Source of the DNA: an uncultured Chthonomonadaceae bacterium
GTDB taxonomy: Bacteria; Armatimonadota; Chthonomonadetes; Chthonomonadales; Chthonomonadaceae
Direction of reading: 5' to 3'
DNA: 64,000 nt
Assembly: GCA_963835065.1 (NCBI GenBank)
Contig: CAWIEK010000050.1
Location: 160,001 to 224,000, forward strand
Shown: positions 60,182 to 64,000 of the stretch, one piece after another
How the letters are laid out: each line of letters begins with the position of its first letter
How positions within the stretch are numbered: position 1 is the first letter of the stretch
Notes under the pieces: model-generated
Database searches by the model: none
What the model was told of the DNA's origin: nothing
Seen by the model: the letters and a program-made list of their open reading frames with translations, nothing else
Translations under genes and position numbers: made by a program

Positions 60182-61705
60182 CTACTGCGTCAGGCGATTC
60201 AATTGCTGCTGCGCCACGTACTTTACGTCATTGTCGGGACTTTGCGCCAATTGTTCCAGAGGGGAGCGGGCGTCGGCAGTGCCGACTTCGCCCAATGCGA
60301 CGGCAATCCAGCGCTGCTGCGCAGCCGGCGCGGTTCCTGCCGCCTGCCGCAAGGCGGGCAAAATCGCTGTGCCCTGCCTGCCCAACGCTTGCGCGGCGTA
60401 CAGCGCGTCCGTGCCGCCCCGCTGCAAAACAGCGAGAAGTTCCGGCGCGGCAGACGCGCCAATCGTCGTCAGCGATTGCTGCGCGGCGGCGGCGACGCCC
60501 CCGTCAGGATCGTTGAGCGCGGCAATCAGGGGCGCCACGCCGGGGCGATTGTCGGAAAAGCCCAGAGCCGTCGCCGCCGCCGCCCGTATATCCGGCGCGT
60601 CCCTGTTGGTTTGCAGAACTTGCGCCAGAGCCGCGTCCGCTTCGGGCGCATGGAGGGTTTGCAGGGTCTGAACCGCGCCCAGCCGAACGCTTGCATTGGG
60701 GTCTTGCAAGGCAGTTGTCAGACTGGCAAGCGCGGTCTGCCGCGCCTGTTGGTTGTCGGACTGCCCCGCTCGCCCAAGCGCCGTGACCGCTGCGGAGCGC
60801 AATTTCAGATCATCGTCGTTGAGGGCGCGTACCAGGGTGGCAATGGCGGAAGGGGTGGCGATTTTACCCAATCCCAACGCAGCCTGCGCCCGCGCGTCAT
60901 TGTCCGCCGACACATTGGTAATGGCTTCTGTAAGCGACGGTTCGCACGAAGGCGCGGCAATCAAAGCAATCGCGCCAGTTGCAATGCGCTTCAGGTCGGG
61001 CGTGGTATCGGGCGCGTTGAGCAGGGTCACTAAGGGCTGCACCGCGCTTTCATCCCCGATTTTTCCAAGCGCGTCCGCCGCCCCGCCCCGAACGCCGTTG
61101 TCCTTGTCGCCCAAATAGGCGATAAGAGCCGGTACGCTGATAGCGCGAACACTTGGATCAAGAAAACGGGGGCTGCTGAGGACATTGCCGCCCGGCCCGC
61201 GCGCATCGCCTTCCTTTTTCATAATGGCAAGCACAGCCTGCACCACATTGGGAAGCGGGCCGATACCCCCCTGTTCTGATGGGGCCGTCAGAGCCGCGAT
61301 TGTGCCCTTGCGCACGTTCACATCGCCGTCCTTCAAACCGACCACAAGGGCGTCAACGGTTTCCTGCGATTTCGCGCCGATCTTTTTCAGGGTTTCCAGC
61401 GCCTGCGCCCGGACGGTCTTGTCCTGATCTTTAAGCAGGGCAAGCGCTTGTTTCACGCCGTCCGCTGTGGGCAGGTCTTGCAGGGCGCGGGCGGCTTTGA
61501 CGCGCGTTTCCGGCAGTTCGCCCGAAATCGAGTCGCCAAACTGCTCGGCTTTGATCAGTTCCGTCGCGGCGGCGGCATGGGCCTGCGGGTCATTGCCGGC
61601 CAGTTCGTCTATCAGCATTCGCACATGGCGGCTGTGCGACACGGCCAGCCCGACCACCAGCAGCACGAGCGCGGCAAAAATAATGTAGTTCAAATATTTA
61701 CGCAC
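60182..61705 (-). CDS. Membrane-anchored HEAT (PBS lyase-like) repeat protein
   Basis: N-terminal TM; repeated LxDxDxxVRxxAxxALG units. Confidence 0.85.
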   Translation of the reverse strand: MRKYLNYIIFAALVLLVVGLAVSHSRHVRMLIDELAGNDPQAHAAAATELIKAEQFGDSISGELPETRVKAARALQDLPTADGVKQALALLKDQDKTVRAQALETLKKIGAKSQETVDALVVGLKDGDVNVRKGTIAALTAPSEQGGIGPLPNVVQAVLAIMKKEGDARGPGGNVLSSPRFLDPSVRAISVPALIAYLGDKDNGVRGGAADALGKIGDESAVQPLVTLLNAPDTTPDLKRIATGAIALIAAPSCEPSLTEAITNVSADNDARAQAALGLGKIATPSAIATLVRALNDDDLKLRSAAVTALGRAGQSDNQQARQTALASLTTALQDPNASVRLGAVQTLQTLHAPEADAALAQVLQTNRDAPDIRAAAATALGFSDNRPGVAPLIAALNDPDGGVAAAAQQSLTTIGASAAPELLAVLQRGGTDALYAAQALGRQGTAILPALRQAAGTAPAAQQRWIAVALGEVGTADARSPLEQLAQSPDNDVKYVAQQQLNRLTQ

Positions 61706-61724
61706 GGGTTTAACCTCTTGGTCA

Positions 61725-61764
61725 TAGGGTTTTAGGGTTTTAGGGTTTTAGGGTTTTAAGGTTT
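61725..61764. repeat. (TTTTAGGG)n octamer tandem repeat
   Basis: TAGGGTTTTAGGGTTTTAGGGTTTTAGGGTTTTAAGGTTT; relatives at 60137-60170 (complement) and 63741-63770. Confidence 0.85.
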
Positions 61765-61938
61765 GTAGGTGTCACATAATTGTCTTCGGCCTGCTGTCTT
61801 TTTCCCTTATTCCTTCTCCTTAATCGCCTATTGTCTATTTGCCACGCCGATTCCTGCTTGCACTGTAACGTTACTGAATTCTGGGCAGGGGAAGGCTTTG
61901 TGCAGTTCGCCTGATTGTACGGACTTAGCGCAAACGCA

Positions 61939-62730
61939 TCAGGCGGCGAACAGCGAGCGGGCGCAGGCAAGGTCTTCGGCAATGTAGCGGTCTACTCCGG
62001 CTTCGTCCGTGTACTCGGCGGTCAGGCAGATGACGCCACTGTAATCGCGCTTTTTCAATTCCGCCACAACGCGGGGCCAGTTGGCGCGTCCGTGTCTGGC
62101 GGTTGTCCATTCGGGCTTCCAGATCGGAGTGGGCGCATCGGGGCTGCTTTGCAGGCGCCAGTACGCGCTTTTGAGGTTTACCATGCACAGGTGCGACCAG
62201 ATAATATCAATCGCGGATTCGGGCGCTTCGCCTTCCAGTCCGTTGTGGCCCGCGTCCCATACCGCGCCGATTTGTTTGGGATTGAACCGGTCCATCAGGT
62301 GACGCAGGCCCATCGCGTTGCACACGTCCCGGTTGCCGGAGTGGTTCTGGATACCGAGCGTGACGCCGTATTTTTCCAGCAGGGGAAGCATCTGCTCGTA
62401 TTCGCGCTGCAAGCGGGCCTCGCCTGCCAGATACCCCTCGCCTTCGCGCATCCCGACGCAAATCCGTACAACCGGTACGCCCGCCGCCTGACATGCGGCA
62501 AACGTTTTCTCGTCCGTTGGCCCCGCAATGCTGGCAATCTTCAAACCCTCCGCGCTCAATATCTGCGCGGCGCGGCGCAGTTCCGTCGTGACATTCTCCG
62601 GCGTCACCGGATAACCGGGGCGCACGGGCAGTTCCACGCCATCAAATCCCAACGCCTTCACATGCGCCGCCAACGCTTCCAATTCCAGTTTCCACGGCTT
62701 GGTAAATACAGTAAACGTTACATTGCTCAT
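61939..62730 (-). CDS. Sugar phosphate isomerase/epimerase (xylose isomerase-like TIM barrel)
   Basis: LGFDGVELPVRPG, IQNHSG, WDAGH, VNLK, YSGVICLTAEY. Confidence 0.85.
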   Translation of the reverse strand: MSNVTFTVFTKPWKLELEALAAHVKALGFDGVELPVRPGYPVTPENVTTELRRAAQILSAEGLKIASIAGPTDEKTFAACQAAGVPVVRICVGMREGEGYLAGEARLQREYEQMLPLLEKYGVTLGIQNHSGNRDVCNAMGLRHLMDRFNPKQIGAVWDAGHNGLEGEAPESAIDIIWSHLCMVNLKSAYWRLQSSPDAPTPIWKPEWTTARHGRANWPRVVAELKKRDYSGVICLTAEYTDEAGVDRYIAEDLACARSLFAA

Positions 62731-62745
62731 TATATTTCCTTGTAT

Positions 62746-63729
62746 TTAGTGGTTTCCCAACAATCCCATCGCCAGTATCTTTTCCGCCACTTCCATCGTT
62801 TTCAGGGCGTCGGCGAAACAGGAGGAAGGCTGCCGTCCGGTTTTCACGCAGTCTATGAATTCCCGGTGCTTGGCGCGGAAGCCGCCGAATTGATAGAGTT
62901 CCTCGCTGCCTGCGATTTCGCGGGTGTCATGCCAAATTCCTGCCGTGTCGCCGTCCGCGTACAACACGCCTTTACCTTCGTGTTCGGCCTCCGCGCAAAT
63001 CCCCGGCGCATGCATTTGAACGCGGAAAATGCGCCGCCCGCTCGTCCAACTGTTGAGCATCACGCCTGTCGCGCCGTTATCGAAACGCAGCAGCGCGGCG
63101 AAAAAGTTCAGGTCGGGAACGCCGATACTGCGCGTAATGGGCAAAATCTCTACCACTTCGCCCCCGCACATCCAGCGCAGGGTATCAATGGCATGAACGC
63201 CGTCATCCATGATATGATCGCGGGCATCCAGAAACGGCTGCGGCGCATACTTGTAGAACTCGCATACGGCATGGACAATCGGCCCGCGCCGCAAACATTC
63301 GTCGCGCAACTGCACCACCATAGGGCACGAGCGGCGCTGAAAACTGACCTGCGTAATGCAGCCATGCTTGTCGGCCAGATACGCCAGGGATCGCGCCTGA
63401 TGCAGCGACAATCCCAACGGCTTTTCGATATACAGGTTGCGCCCCTGCTCCAAAAACCATTTCCAGATCGGGTACATGATGTTGGGCTGCCCGATGACAT
63501 ACACCGCATCCGGGTTTATCTCCGCCACCATGCGCTGATAATCATCGAAGTTTTGCGCCCGGTAACGCCCGGCAACGCCGTATTTGTCCGCCGTCGCGTT
63601 CAGACGCCCGGCATCCAACTCGCAAATCGCGGCAATTTCCACATCTTCTAACGACGCCAGGGACGGATAATGCGCCATATTCGCCATGCTGCCCGCGCCC
63701 ACCATCGCCACGCGCACTTTTGCTGACAT
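62746..63729 (-). CDS. Gfo/Idh/MocA family oxidoreductase
   Basis: VAMVGAGSMA Rossmann motif, YIEKP, FQRR, DDGVHAIDTLRW. Confidence 0.9.
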   Translation of the reverse strand: MSAKVRVAMVGAGSMANMAHYPSLASLEDVEIAAICELDAGRLNATADKYGVAGRYRAQNFDDYQRMVAEINPDAVYVIGQPNIMYPIWKWFLEQGRNLYIEKPLGLSLHQARSLAYLADKHGCITQVSFQRRSCPMVVQLRDECLRRGPIVHAVCEFYKYAPQPFLDARDHIMDDGVHAIDTLRWMCGGEVVEILPITRSIGVPDLNFFAALLRFDNGATGVMLNSWTSGRRIFRVQMHAPGICAEAEHEGKGVLYADGDTAGIWHDTREIAGSEELYQFGGFRAKHREFIDCVKTGRQPSSCFADALKTMEVAEKILAMGLLGNH

Positions 63730-63838
63730 AGCACACTCCTGTAGGGTTCTAGGGTTTTAGGGTTTTAGGGGAGCAAGATTATGGAAGGCTATTCTGCTCC
63801 ATACGTTTATGAAAGTCGAAGGCATTACTCCTACAACC

Positions 63839-64000
63839 CTACAACCCTACAACCTCTTCACTCGTAACACTCGGACACCAGTACCGCTCGATGTGTTCGA
63901 TGACCAGTTCCGTGCCGCGTTCGTGGGTGACATAGGGGGCGGAACGGGGATTGTACAGCGCGTCGGTCAGGTCGCGCATCAAGGCTGTGTTCAGTCCCAG
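63839..64000 (-). CDS. 3' end of a probable isochorismatase/nicotinamidase-like hydrolase (truncated by the window edge)
   Basis: Own translation LGLNTALMRDLTDALYNPRSAPYVTHERGTELVIEHIERYWCPSVTSEEVVGL*. Confidence 0.5.
   Translation of the reverse strand: MGLNTALMRDLTDALYNPRSAPYVTHERGTELVIEHIERYWCPSVTSEEVVGL

Noticed and set aside
61725..61764. (TTTTAGGG)n as a telomere or eukaryotic contamination
   Set aside because: Only 4-5 units, intergenic between bacterial genes, and one of several short-repeat families in the window.
1..64000. tRNA, rRNA or autonomous transposase/integrase genes
   Set aside because: None recognised on either strand by eye.

Overview
GC-rich bacterial chromosomal segment. 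PEP-CTERM tails of the VPEPGSIALLIGM type, a BTAD/NB-ARC/TPR regulator and heptamer/octamer intergenic repeats suggest Armatimonadota (inference). It carries housekeeping and metabolic genes (GH95, pgl-like lactonase, flagellin, hslU, NAD kinase, PduO-type adenosyltransferase, ferredoxin, plsC-like, metK with a SAM-I riboswitch), an assimilatory nitrate/nitrite reduction operon, a PemK/MazF toxin-antitoxin pair and many secreted or PEP-CTERM proteins. About a dozen single-base frameshifts in otherwise intact genes are most likely long-read consensus errors. The standout is a three-gene minus-strand operon (15691-23106) behind a perfect TTGACA-N17-TATAAT promoter. It encodes a 1615-aa beta-rich protein ending in 24 regularly spaced His-Xaa-Asp motifs, a radical SAM/SPASM enzyme and a Cys-motif partner protein. 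This looks like a RiPP-type (triceptide- or His-Xaa-Ser-like) modification system whose substrate array is fused to a giant protein. Also notable: a 172-bp MITE with a TTA target duplication at that operon's last stop codon, a NarK-type transporter with a ~125-aa extracytoplasmic insertion, and a probable attenuator upstream of the nitrate operon. All calls come from reading the sequence; no database searches were run.
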